DNA of 64,000 nt from Podarcis filfolensis (lineage: Eukaryota): NCBI GenBank assembly GCA_964270895.1, contig OZ185437.1; one strand, written 5' to 3'. Of the stretch, positions 1-12,871 are shown one piece after another; the first letter of the stretch is position 1; every line of letters starts with the position of its first letter. A program made the translations under genes and the position numbers. The notes under the pieces were generated by a model, which was not told the DNA's origin, ran no database searches, and was given only the letters and a program-made list of their open reading frames with translations.

Positions 1-1967
1 TCAAGCAACACCTCTATTATGGAACAACAATTACCAAGCAAGTGAGCATGTTTGCTCAGCTCTTCAAATTCAGAACATCAAGAACAGGAGAATGAAGAAA
101 TGTGTTTTTATTCTGTTTTGCTGAAACTTCCTAATATTTTATTTTGAATGATGTGTGGGGTGTTTGATTATTAATTTATTCCTAATATTACTTATCACCA
201 TTTACTCTATATCTAATAGCTATTTATTAATACCTGACAGTATTGGGCAGTTTCATTATATCTTACTCCACTTTGTGTTCGGTAACATTTGATAAAAATA
301 TCAGTTGACATTATGTTAGTGTTTGTAGTTGATAGTGTGTAGCTTGTAATGAATTTGTAATGTTACAGTGTAAATATTATTGAAATAAACGGTTGTATAT
401 TGGGATTGCTATTTTAAGTATTGTAATAATTGTGGATTGCTATCGTAATGCTGTTTGGTATGTATTCCTCTCACTGTATTAATTTATAGAAGGGTAACAG
501 TGTTAGGCCCTTAAAGAAAAAGAAAAAAAGTTTTGTGGCATCTTAAAGACAAACAAATTTATTACAACTTAAGTGTTTTATTCATAGGATGAATAAAAAA
601 TTGGTTAGTTTTTAAGGTGACACAAGTATCATTGCTCTTCTTCCTGTGGTGTGCTTGTTGTTTTACGATATTTATTGATTTTCAAATATAACAAGACCAG
701 CAACAAAATGTTGCAGTACACAATGCTCCCAGTTTAGAATTACAAACATTCCATTCTTCCCTGTGCCAGTTTTCCATTCTTCCCTCAATCAGCATTCTGG
801 TGGCTACTGAGTATGCTCAGTCTTCATTAGCCTGTTTTTGGGTTCCCCCCTAAAAGTTTTTTTTGACTTATTTTTGTGCGTCTGCAAACAAGAATACACA
901 AGCTGAATCATACCTGTGTCTTGTCCATCAGTAAGTGTGATTTTGGCTTCATAGCACCACTCCTGTTTGAATATCATCAATAAAGGGAATGAATATATTT
1001 GTTCACCCCCCCCCCATGCCATCATAAACATTATATGTAGCAGGAGCTTTTGAACTTTGACCTAAGAAAAATCCTTAGGTTGAAAAAGAAAATCTCTCTG
1101 GTAGATTAGTGAAGTGTTTAGACCTTATCCTGATCATTTTTTTGCTGTAGTAAAGATGACTTCACTGTGTCAAAAAGTAAGATGAGGCAATTTTGCCTGA
1201 AAAATAGCTCAGCCACTGATCTGTGACATTTATCCTGATCACTGATCCAGAATTACATGAATAAAGGGGAGGGTGCAGGACCATGCTGTCTTCCAGTGTG
1301 CTTTGAGGTCCATAAAAGATAGACATTAAACATTAAAAGAACCCTCCCTCCGTCCCTCCAGAAGCCTTCCCTTTGTGAGCCTCAAATAACACTACAAGAT
1401 TCCTGTTCAAGGGTGCATGAAATCCTACAGAGAAGCACTCCTCTTAAGGGCTGTGGGTACACTACAACAGTTTGCTGCAAGTCCACACTTGGTTCTTCTA
1501 ATACTGAATATGATTACCCTATTCCTAGCAATATGACAGTGATTTTATGCTATGCACAGATGTCCCCAGCATATTAGCTTGTAAATTTAAATTTAAAAGA
1601 AAGAGGCAGCAAATAGCCCAGGAGCCATGGAATGTTGAGGGTGCCTGTCAGAAAAGGTGAGAGTGGCTTGGTTTCAGTCTGCAATACCTTTTAATATCTT
1701 GGTCACGAGAATCAGACTTAAGTGATTTCTTTCTGTGTAGGGTGGGGTAGGGTAATAGAATATCCCAGTATAGCATGGTGAAAGAGGATTGCTTGTTTCC
1801 ACTATTTGGTCATCTGTGTCTGCACAGTGAGGTTCCATTCTACCTATTGTGACTCATACTCATGATAAGCCATGAATTTGTGAAATCCCTTTAAGCATTT
1901 TTGCTGGTGACTGACCATCTCACGTCATATACTAGTATAAATCTGATAACAAAGTGTGTGTACATGC

Positions 1968-1970
<3 letters not shown>

Positions 1971-2004
<34 letters not shown>
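1971..2004. repeat. (TA)n(GA)n compound microsatellite
   Basis: Direct reading: TA run followed by GA run. Confidence 0.95.
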
Positions 2005-2005
2005 A

Positions 2006-2054
2006 CAGGGGTTGGACTAGATGAACCTTGGTGTCCTTTCCAACTCTATGATTC
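2006..2054 (+). mobile_element. CR1 LINE extreme 3' end (~50 bp), flanked by GA repeats on both sides
   Basis: caggggttggactagatgaaccttggtgtcctttccaactctatgattc matches the conserved CR1 3' terminus (ggggttggactagatga...ttccaac...(attctatg)n). GA runs lie at 1983-2004 and 2057-2070. Confidence 0.75.
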
Positions 2055-3005
2055 GTGAGAGAGAGAGAGATTAACAAAGCAGAGTATTTTTTATTTATTT
2101 GGCAAAACCTTTCAGCTTCCACCTCCATCAGCTGCTCCGATCAAAATGGAATGATGCTGTTTTCAAGGTGGCAGTTATAGAGCTTTGAGGATGGAATGCC
2201 CAGAAAGGCTTCATTCACTGAAGCTAAGCGATGCTGGCACTCTCCTCCAGGTTATATAACACACCTGCATCTAAGTAGATTTTCTGTGTTTTTTGGTAGA
2301 TACTGAGTAAATTTTTAAATGTGCTAATTTGTTTGCAGTTGCTATAGAATACTGGTTGTGTCTAGTTTATAGTATGTTGTTGTAATATAATGTAAAAGAA
2401 CACATGATTCCAAATGATTCATCCTATTGTTATTGTTTCCAAAATTGTACATGATAAACAGGGTTTTTTTTAGAAGTAAGACCCTACTTTGAAACATATT
2501 GTGCTGCTGTTGTTTTCTACTTTAAATGCGTATTCTTTATACTTTCTAGTATTAAAAATGGGATATATGTCAGGCAGTACTTAAATCTGGTGTGCTTATG
2601 GTTCTTAGTAGGCTTTACGGATTTGTTTTTAATAGCATATGGGTCATAAGAATTTATTGTTTCATAGGTTGGAAGCTATGTTTTCCAAGTATCTTCTTCT
2701 TTATGCACCTCAAGCCCTTTAGAATTCTCTTCTCATTGGGTTCCAGAATTCTGGACAAAACTGTAGCAGAATCAGAGCAGCTCCATAAAAATATAAAAAA
2801 TGGCTTAATTTGAGCCAGTTCTTACCATAGTTTAGTCCTGAATCTGTTTTCATTGTTAGGCCAACACTGCAGAAATGCAAAATCCAGAAAATTATTTGGG
2901 TTCTTAAAGAATGATAAATTATTTCTTATATTTAATATTGCCCCTCCCAAAAAAGTGTAAAAGGAGAACGTCTTTCTACAGAAACTCCCTTGTGCATTTC
3001 AGATA

Positions 3006-3246
3006 CAGTGGTACCTTGGATTACATACGCTTCAGGTTACATACGCTTCAGGTTACAGACTCCGCTAACATAGAAATATTACCTTGGGTTAAGAACTTTG
3101 CTTCAGGATGAGAACAGAAATTGTGCTCTGTTGGCGCGGCGGCAATGGGAGGCCCATTAGCTAAAGTGGTGCTTCAGGTTAAGAACAGTTTCAGGTTAAG
3201 AACAGACCTCTGGAATGAATTAAGTACTTAACCCGAGGTACCACTG
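3006..3246. mobile_element. Tc1/mariner (Tigger/pogo-like) MITE, copy 1
   Basis: Terminal inverted repeats CAGTGGTACC(T/C)...; left TA at 3004-3005, right TA decayed to TG. Close paralogue at 56803-57028. Carries an internal 16-bp duplication (catacgcttcaggtta x2). Confidence 0.9.
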
Positions 3247-5464
3247 TGCTCTCCAAATGAATCATGACTAAAGAATGCCCCTGACACAAGGACCATTGGC
3301 GGGATCATCATACCTAAGCCTATATGTAATTCTTGTTGAGATCTGTAAGATTACCGGTATAACTGCAAGGTACGTCATGGTATCTTTTTCCTTCTAAAAT
3401 CTATAACTGTTTCAGTAGGTATGAAGAAAGATTCCCTCCCTGGATATATATTCTAGAGAATTGGCTCCTGTGGATGAAATTACACATTCAATTTTTTATT
3501 GAAAACCTCACCACATAGTGAGAAATCTGTGTACATCTTCAGTTTTTAATTTTAATCAGATTTGTAAAAATGTTAGAGCAAGTCAGTATATCTAAATTTA
3601 TGATTTTCCCGCTTGCATTTTTGAATATTTGTATTCCTTTTTTCAGTTGCACAGGAAATTAAAAATGCTGTTAGCTAACTTACTGTCTAGACAATTAAAC
3701 CAGAAGGGTATTTTAAGATTTCTCGACAAACACTGTTAGCTGCTGCTTTGTAGTAAAAGGTGGCCTAACAATTACAAACATGGATGAATTTAAATTGATT
3801 TATTGTAGTGTTTTTCACTAGGGGTGTGTGCTTGTTAGCTAAACTGTCAGCATTAAATGAGCATTACATGTGCTGGTTTCTGTTATCTCTATGACTTCTA
3901 AACATTACTGGAAAGATCCTGACTGTGTGTTTCTATTTCTGAATGCTACAGACAGCTTTTTAGATACATATAAGGGTTAATCTGAGTTTATTTAATATAT
4001 ACTGCCTCTCTGGCAAGGCATTCAAATGCTAACTTTAAATAATGGTTCACAATCTCATGGACACAGTACCATTTAAAAAAATTATAATAATAACGAGTGG
4101 ACAGAAGAATGTCCATAAATGCTGACTACAGAAATTCATAAATACTGAATAATGACATTCAGTATCCAGAGAGAATTTAACACATTACCGGGTCAGTATG
4201 GATAATGGCCAACAAATGTTGGAAAATGTGAATTGATCAGAAATGTTTCAGAAATAGGAATAGCTTTCCTGCCAATTTTCTGCACTGCCTAGGAAATATA
4301 AAAAGTTCCCAAGTAGAGAATCCATCTTTTGACAGGTTGCTGTGTATATTACTTAATTAAAGTTGTCAGCTTTTGTACATTATCTGATATCACTTGAAGA
4401 CTACGCTTCTTGACCAGTCAAGGTGCAAATTTCCCTGTGCATATTCTGGTCACATTCTTTGTGCCTTCATGTGAATTTGTGCTGTCACTAGTATTTGTAC
4501 ACATTTGCCATTGAACTTGAAGTATACATAGAGTGTGACTAACTTTAGTGATGTACTTGCTCAACACCATGTAGAATTAAATTCTTAAATCAAAAGAGAT
4601 GTGGTAATTTATTATCTGTGATGGGGTATTTCTGTATAATTAGGCTGATAACTGTATATTGGTGCTGAAGGCAAATTGGTATTGACCAAATGCTACATGG
4701 CTAATCATGGCTACAATCTTATATTTAATCTTTTCTGGGTGTTGTGCTTTCCTTATTATGTAGGATGGTATGCTGCTTTGTTTATGGCTGATTTTATTTT
4801 ATAATGCACTGAATTGTTTCTATTATTACAGACATGGAGAGCACTTCCTTCCTTCCTTTAAAAAAGGAGGAGAAAGCATAGTAACAGTGCTACTGCATTT
4901 GGCTGGCTTCAGTAGAAATGACTTATTACAATGAAATGTAATCAAGGCAGATTTCTAGGAATGTTCTTTGAGCATATTGCTTTACTTATCATAAGAAGTG
5001 TGTTTCTGTGTGTTTCTGTGTCACTTTCCCTCCCCTCAAATTCTCTGGTGAGTAACCTTGGGTTTCCTGATTCTCTGTACAGTGTTTACTGCCAACAAAC
5101 TTCCCCTGCTGACTGTGCTACAATTGCAAGTCTGTGAGTTATTTCGAGAGTGACTCTCCTGTTGAAGTCTGATAAGATCGTGTACCACCAGGAAGGCATA
5201 ATATTATAATCCTAAACGCCACATGATCCTCTTCTTTTTTGCTCTTGTACTTGTCACATGGACAAGAATAAAGGTTGTGCGTGGTTGGAAGCAGAGGAGT
5301 AAAGAGGAGATAGCTGTAGATAACACCCTTACTAAGAAGTATAAATCCTGAACAGGAATGGCTTGGTTACAGTAAAGCTTTTATCTGTAAACTAGCTTTG
5401 AGGACCTGGTCATGGTATAATGACTAACATAAAGCACAGGCTGACACATCTTTGGGGTAACAAA

Positions 5465-5515
5465 TAGGTAGGTAGGTAGGTAGGTAGGTAGGTAGGTAGG
5501 TAGGTAGGTAGGTAG
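5465..5515. repeat. (TAGG)12 tetranucleotide microsatellite
   Basis: Direct reading. It explains the YLPT repeats in ORF 5381-5755. Confidence 0.97.
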
Positions 5516-6893
5516 ATACCCCTTCCAACTCAGTCCCAAAGTTTTAACCCTAAGCAAAGCACTAAAATAAAATAAGAAGAAATGCACTGTGTACATGAAA
5601 CAAACGGATATATAAAAAAGAGAATAGTAGTCAGCAGTTCTTATTCCCAGGAAACCAGTGCCTTGCCAAATGCATCCTCTGAGAATGAAGCAGACTCTTC
5701 GGGCATGCCTTTGGGGATGTATGGGGACTTCCTTCCCTTTAAAGGATCCCTGCAATTACCCAATCTGCCAAGTTTCCAAAAAGATAAATGGAAGCACTGT
5801 AGCTTGAAGGTGTCTTGGTTTGAATGAGATGCAGTAAGTAAGGTCTCTTTGTTCTTTACAGGCATTGTAGATCTGATTGTACTTATAAAAGAAGAATAGA
5901 GTTGGTGCCCTGCTGACTAAATTGTCCTCTGGAGAAGTATTAGTTACAAAGCTTCTTCATTAACAAGGCTCCCTGTTTAAGCTACTGTGGAGTAGCTTAG
6001 TGCTTAAGCTACTTCTCTTATTTGCTTCTTTCTAAACATTAACTTGGCACACATATATGGTTAAATAGGTTTGTGACAAATAAATATACTATTGATTTTG
6101 AAAATGTATGTGTGCATAAAGAGGCTAATACATACAGTGACACAAACATAAAAACAAACCTCTCATATTGAATAATTTGCTATGTTCACCTGTTATGTTA
6201 CTATAATCATTGTCAACAGGAAAGAATTGTTGCTCTTGCTATTCATATCTCTGAATTGTAAATGTAACTTGACTAGATGGCAGTGTCATTTCTGTATATA
6301 TAGTGTGAGAAACAGGAGTAGAATGTCAGGTTTTTGTAAAGTCACCATCTTGAAAACAGTAAAGGCAAAATGCTCGTTTAATTTTGAATATGGCAGAGTA
6401 CATAAAAAGGTGAAAGGAAGTTTAGCTGATGTGTATATTCTGTTTTCTATTACATATTATATGTGATTGTGTGTATATGTGACAGAGAGAGGAGGAAGAT
6501 AGTACTACTATATGTATATTGTTTGTTTGTATGTATAGTACATATAACTGCTGCTGTATGAAGCACTATATGTACACAGACACTGAATTTTCTTATGAAA
6601 GTACATGTCTAGGAAATCATAGCTGTCGGTTTTCATATATGAGAAATGCATGTATATCAACTTGTGCACAAATTTTTGGTAATAGTTTATTGCCACAGAC
6701 ATACGTGGCAAGTTGCATGCAGATGTTTATCATATGTATTGAATTACACATAGGGTTAACACAAATATTATTACCATGTGAGGAATTTTATCTTGTGCAG
6801 TGTGGTGTTTCATATATGCCAGTTTTACATTTGATCAGGATAGGATAAATATATTGATTCACTTGTGAAGAGAGCTGACTTTTTTTCCTTAGC

Positions 6894-6961
6894 AAAAAAA
6901 CCATTCTTTTTTCTGTACTAATATCTAAAAAAAAACCATTCTTTTTTCTGTACTAATATCT
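6894..6961 (+). repeat. Exact 33-bp tandem duplication separated by 2 extra A
   Basis: aaaaaaaccattcttttttctgtactaatatct at 6894-6926 and 6929-6961. Confidence 0.9.
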
Positions 6962-8503
6962 TTCCATGAGAAGTTAAATGATCTGCAAGTTAGCCTTGTA
7001 ATGTGGGAAAGAAATCCTTCTGGTTTATTTTTATGGAGAATGACATACTGGTGGGGTGGGTAGGGATAGTTTTTAAAAGAGAGCATAAAGCATTTGAAAG
7101 CTGTGCCTGCTTGCTCTTCACTCCCCAGCCCCTGCTTCTTCTTTTTGGACACAGTATAGCTCTTCATGCAGAACGGCATCACATGTGCCCCTTTTGATTT
7201 TATGAATGAGCTGTGTCAGATTTGTGAGGAAATCCCTTGAAGGCAGGCACTTGAGGAAATGCCTGGGACTTGTCAGTCACTCCACCCCCATGGGGGATTA
7301 GTAAAATGAGAAGCCGTAATGTGACCTGATGGGGGGAGGAAAAAGCCACTCTATATACCTTCCCCCTCCCTTCAAGCTTTCCTCCTCATACGCCTTCACT
7401 GAGGGAGTCAAAGATAAATGGTTGCATTACAGTGGACTCTTGGGTATTCCCTTTATCCCTGAACTGCAAATCATTTTATCCTTCGGTATGTTACATACTT
7501 AATAACATTTTCAAACATTACTTGGCCTTATAAAACAGGTTACCTGCAGTTCAAAAAAATGTTATCAATTTCTTGGATGCTGTCTGAATGGAATGGCTAC
7601 CCTAAAAGCCATATTGTGCATTATTGTAACATGTTTCCCTCGGGGGCACATGATTTCTTTCTTTCTCTTTTTTTACAATGCACAAGATCGGTATTCATTT
7701 TAAGCAACTGAACCTATCTTGAGGGAGTTTGTTTTCATATTTTATTATATTCTTTGTAGCCTGTACTTGTTTTATCAGCAGTTTCTGTTGCATTTGTTAT
7801 ATATTTGACTTTGTCAAAGAATGCCCTTTATTACATGAAAACAAAACTTAGTGTAAATGTTTATCAATAGGACAAATATACTTCTCTAGAAAAAAACACC
7901 CCTCTGCTTTATCAAAGTATTCCATCATGATTTTATACATAATAATTAGCAATCATTTTTAAAATACATACTGAACATATATCTCTTAATATACCGAAAT
8001 TACTGCTTCATGAATTTCTGACTTCACTGCACCTGATTGCCAAGTTCAAATAATTCAGAAAAACTCATTTTCTTAATTGAATTGATCCTGGCATATACCA
8101 CAGCTCTGTCTAAAACACTGCATAATAACTTAAAAGTATCAATTGTAGATACTTCAGTATTCCTATTTAAAAGAATAAACTTTAATTAGAAAAGAAGATC
8201 CTGGGTAGAAGATTCTGTGAAGTGAAAATGTGTCTTCATTACAAATGGAACTTGTTAAGCTTAAAAAGGCTTTTTCAACAGTAGTACACATTCATCAGAG
8301 TTTTGTGACATGAAGAATGTCACTTTGATTTTGCATTTCACAAATTCAACAAAAATATTTTCTTTATCATCTTCTACTGAAAAGCATTCCCAATGTGGCA
8401 TGCTAACAAAGTTGGCCCTATAGTGTGTGTCTACTCATACTCGTATTGTTGTATATCCTAGTGCTGAATGCATTGACCCCAACCCAAAACAGGTGCTCTA
8501 GTT

Positions 8504-8750
8504 CAGGGGTCAGCAAACTTTTTCAGCAGGGGGCCAGTCCACTGTCCCTCAGACCTTGTGGGGGACCGGACTATATTGGGGGGGGGGTGAACGAGATGCT
8601 ATGCCCCACAAATAACCCAGAGATGCATTTGAAATAAAAGGACACATTCTACTCATGTAAAAACACGCTGATTCCCGGACTGTCTGCAGGCCGGATTTAG
8701 AAGGCGATTGGGCCGGATCCGGCCCCCGGGCCTTAGTTTGCCTACCCATG
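8504..8750. mobile_element. hAT (Charlie-type) MITE with intact 8-bp TSD
   Basis: Imperfect TIRs CAGGGGTCAGCAAACT / AGTTTGCCTACCCATG. Exact TSD CTCTAGTT at 8496-8503 and 8751-8758, resembling the NTCTAGAN Charlie target. Confidence 0.92.
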
Positions 8751-9201
8751 CTCTAGTTCATCAGCAAAGCGCTTGTGTGAACTGGCTTCACAGATGCATC
8801 ACTCTCAGGGGAGATCCATGAATGCTCAGCAACATCCACAAGGGCCAGGAAACAGATAGTTTGGCCACCATTGCCAGCTGTGACTGACATAGGCACAAAG
8901 AGCAGGTGTGTTCTCATTTGAGGGCACAAGGTAGCCTCCTTAGATTGTGCCCATTACATGGAAGTAAATATACTGATTTTAATAATAAACCTGAAACCAC
9001 AGGAAGGGATTTGTCCAATTAAGCTTGAGTCTAGTGCTGAACCTTTTTTTTTATAAAAAAAAGAGCATTCTATCCACTAGCCTACCCCATGCACAATGCT
9101 AAATCATGGTTTAGCATTTTGAGAAATATCAGGAACAGATGCTGGGCTTGCAGAGTCATATCCCATTTCTGTACACACAAAGCAAAGAATGCCTTTTAAA
9201 T

Positions 9202-9341
9202 CAGGAGTGGCTAACCTGTCACCCTCCTGATGTGCCAGACTTTGTCTCAAATCGGGCCCAACCAGTATTGACAGTGGTCTGAGATGCTGGGGTTTGTAGT
9301 CCTACAACATCTGTAGGGCCAGAGGCTTATGTTTCTCCCTG
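9202..9341. mobile_element. Diverged ~140-bp palindromic hAT-type MITE
   Basis: Shares the ...tgtagtcc...acaacatctg..gggcc motif with 22730-22865 and 28444-28583; CAGG...CCTG ends. Confidence 0.6.
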
Positions 9342-9544
9342 TTATATCTGAATACAAATATAATGTACTGGAATCCTTTAACACTATGTCCTATTTACTC
9401 TCAGCAGCAATGGATTAAGTAAAACAGTGCCAATAGAATCTGCCAATTCCACTGGCACCAACCAGCCATAGCTTTGCTCATCGACTGTTTCCCCAGGGTA
9501 CCTGTGCATGGAAGGCAGTGTGCGACATTAGCTGAATTAGAGGA

Positions 9545-9670
9545 AGGGCCATAATTCAGTGTCAGAGCACCTACTTTGCATGCAGAAGGTCCCAGGTCCA
9601 ATCCCTGTCATCTCCAGGGTGGGAAGTATGTCCTCTCTAAAACCCTGGAGGGGCCACGTAGTTTAGACAG
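9545..9670 (+). mobile_element. tRNA-Ala-derived SINE (Squam2-like), 5' part, diverged
   Basis: gggccataattcagtgtcagagcacc..tttgcatgcagaaggtcccaggtccaatccctg..catctccagg is a tRNA-Ala-like head; it is homologous to 15761-15947. Confidence 0.7.
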
Positions 9671-11134
9671 GGGGCAGAGAACCTCCAGCTTGCGGACCTG
9701 ATTACCAAAGCTGTTTCCTCCAAACCATGCCCAAATCCAGCAGGGCTCTTTGCAAGCCCCGTGCTCCTTGCAAAGGGCTGGCTCAGTACTTTGATGATCT
9801 GCTAAGCCCACCTCTCAAGCTTAGCCAGTCAGAGTAGGGGATGCTTCACTTTTGCAACCCCAATTACAACAATGGAGATGAGGTGCGTGGTGGGTTAAAA
9901 CAAAATCCAGGGTCCTGCAACAGAGTACCTAAATACACCCTAAGTCTTCTCATGCGTTACTTTCCCTGTCACCATGTTTTCCATCACCAGAGCTTTCATT
10001 TGTGCATTCACAGCCACATGCCACAAAAATTTCTATATGAGATCTGTTTTTTCTTTCTGGAACTCATAGATTGGCTTCTGAATTAGTCAGAATTGTATCC
10101 TTTGATGTGGCTGGGTGATAGACAAGGAAATGAGGAAGCGTTTGCATTTGATTCTGTGATCCAATGGAATGTTTTTATTATGCCACCATTTTCTGTTATG
10201 TCATCGTTGAGAGTGAGAATAACCTTTGAAGTAACATAGGACTTCACTCTGCCAGCTCTGTGCATTTTTTCCTATTTCACCGGCATTGTGATTGTACACC
10301 ACTGGTGCAACTGGCATAAATTCACTACTTGTCATAACTTTGTGTTCTGTTGGTATAGCAGAAGTGATTGCTATGTTTCCAATATTCTGCCTTGTGGTTA
10401 TGGAAAATAAATAAATAAAAATGGAACCCCTGAAGCCTGAGGGGTATTTTAAATAAGCTCACTGTATTTACTATAGTGGTATGTAAGCAGCACACCAGAA
10501 CAAATCTTGCATTAATGTAATTTGCTAAGGGATTTGGGTCTTGCTTTTTCTATCTGATTTTAAAGTGAATAAAAGTACTGTACTGCAGCACCAGCATCAT
10601 ATTCAAAAACTCACCATGTATAAATGGGTTAATAGGATAAATAATTGTACAGGACAGTCATCTAATAAACTGCAAAACAAAATACCGAGAACATTAAAAT
10701 ATGCACAAATGGACACCTGTGAGTGTCCTAGAAACCCAGGTAATATATATATAGAGAGAGAGCACCATGAGTGATTCACTGGGGTTTTAGCAAAGGTCTA
10801 ACTTGCAGCCACATTGTAGTAAGAAATAAGGTAAATTGAAATGTGAATGCGTTTCCCCTCTAACAGCCTTGACTTCCTAGGAAATATGACATGCCTGAGT
10901 GTGTGTTGCACATTTGTTATGCCTTTATATTGTGGGGTGGCGTGAGGAAAATCCAAACAGTGCTCCATTTGTTTAAAATTTTAGCCCCTTCTTTTCAGCT
11001 CAAGACAGTGTTTCCATGACATCTGTCTCAAATTGAAAAATGTCCTACCATCTTCTGCTGTTCCACATACTTTACCTTGGATGTTGGTTCCAACTGCTCC
11101 TTTACCAATTTCCCCCTCCCCTCTTTTTTCTCAG

Positions 11135-11378
11135 GATTTATCGGGTTCCATTGATGACCTGCCCACAGGAACTGAAGCAACACTGAGTTCAGCGGTTAGT
11201 GCATCAGGTTCCACCAGCAGTCAAGGGGAGCAGAGCAACCCGGCACAGTCGCCTTTCTCCCCTCATGCCTCCCCACATCTCTCCAGTATCCCTGGGGGGC
11301 CTTCCCCTTCCCCTGTGGGCTCTCCCGTTGGAAGCAACCAGTCAAGATCTGGTCCCATTTCTCCTGCAAGTATTCCAG
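11135..11378 (+). CDS. ARID1B: ARID1B internal coding exon (244 nt, phase 0 to 1)
   Basis: Pyrimidine tract...tcag|GAT and CCAG|gtaaat. Encodes [81 protein letters not shown], recognisable as vertebrate ARID1B (ARID1A differs here). Confidence 0.97.
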
Positions 11379-12834
11379 GTAAATGGCGGGCTTAAAAAAA
11401 ATATCCATCTAACCTCTACTGTTTCATTTTTAAAATGTTTCCTCCAGCATTTGTATATGCTTTGCACTTTCCCATCATGGGCAAAGATCACATTTTCAAT
11501 GTGCTAAATAATTCAGACATTAGATGAATTATCACATTGTGACATAAGATTTAAGTATCACACTGCCATTATAGAACTGGGTTGTGCAGGAGGTATTCTT
11601 GGTAGTTTGCTACACAAACTGGTCTCCGGCATCTCAAAAACATTGATTGTGGGTTTCCACTATCCCAAAGGACTTGAATGAAGGGACTCAACTTGTCTTA
11701 AAATGTTCCTGTCATGTGACCTTTCTCTACCTTCAGTCAGGGCTGGATTAGCCATTAGCCCAAATAAGCACATGCTTAGGGCATCAAGGGAAGGGGAACA
11801 CCACAGAAATTTTCTGTTGCCAGATTTTTAACATTAATGGTCACAAATTGCTCAGCTGAGCATTCATTTTCCCAGTTGAAGTACATTTAAAATACCAACA
11901 GAACAACCATGCAGCAAGGCAGGCTGAAGACCTTATCTCTACTAAGTATAGAATCAGATGTGTTACGTAAGATTAGTTTTGAGAATCTGATCAAAGGTTT
12001 TGCAATTAGAAAAAGTAGGAGAAAATTCTTCAAAAATAAATAAACTGGAAGTATACAAAAATAAATATTTTCCATTGTTTTGTAGGTTTTGTTTCATTTC
12101 AAAAAGCAAAATTTTATTTTACAGTTTGTTATTGTTTATATTTTGAATTAGATATAGTTTATATGGGGGCACCACAATCTTCAAAGTTGTTAGGGCCTCT
12201 AAAGGTCTTAATCTGGCCCTGCCTTCAGTGAATTTTCTCTTCCTGCTCATCCTACCTTATTTGTTCTGACCTCAATCCTCTTGTATTACCACCTGTTATG
12301 TCTTGCTATGAGCATCTCCATGTGACATAGATTGGCTTCCTCTATCATTTTCTCTCTAGCAAGTCATTGTAAAACAAGCAGCTGTTGTGTTGCTGATAGC
12401 TATGACAAGACAACGCCAAAATGTAGCAGGGGGTTCCTTTCTGGGAAGGCTGTTAAAATAAAGGTGTATTCCTAGGGCTTGCTGGCACGAAAGAATCCTT
12501 TACTTCTTTCCTTCCTCAAATGAGATTAAATTGGCAGCTAAAGAAACATCGAAAGGACACACACAACTAACCTGCCACATGAGCTTCCCAGTGGCTTGTT
12601 CTGTCACATGTAATGTTTAAATGCTTTTCTCCCCCATTGCAAATTTTCTCTCCCATGTTGTTCATGATCACCCATTGCGAGTATTAGAATACATTGGCAC
12701 AGCCCCAATACTAGACTATCCCCTAAAACTCAATAGGCATTTCCCCCCCTGTGCAGACCAAAAACTGTATTTCTGATAATAATTCCCCAGAGTGGCTGGG
12801 AAAACCCAGCCAGATGATTGGGGTATAAATATTA

Positions 12835-12870
<36 letters not shown>
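12835..12870. repeat. (ATT)12 microsatellite
   Basis: Direct reading. Confidence 0.95.

Positions 12871-12871
<1 letters not shown>

Noticed and set aside
5381-5755. ORF with YLPT repeats
   Set aside because: Translation of the (TAGG)n microsatellite.
12793-12812. Hairpin tggctggg-aaaa-cccagcca
   Set aside because: An 8-bp stem is expected several times by chance in 64 kb.
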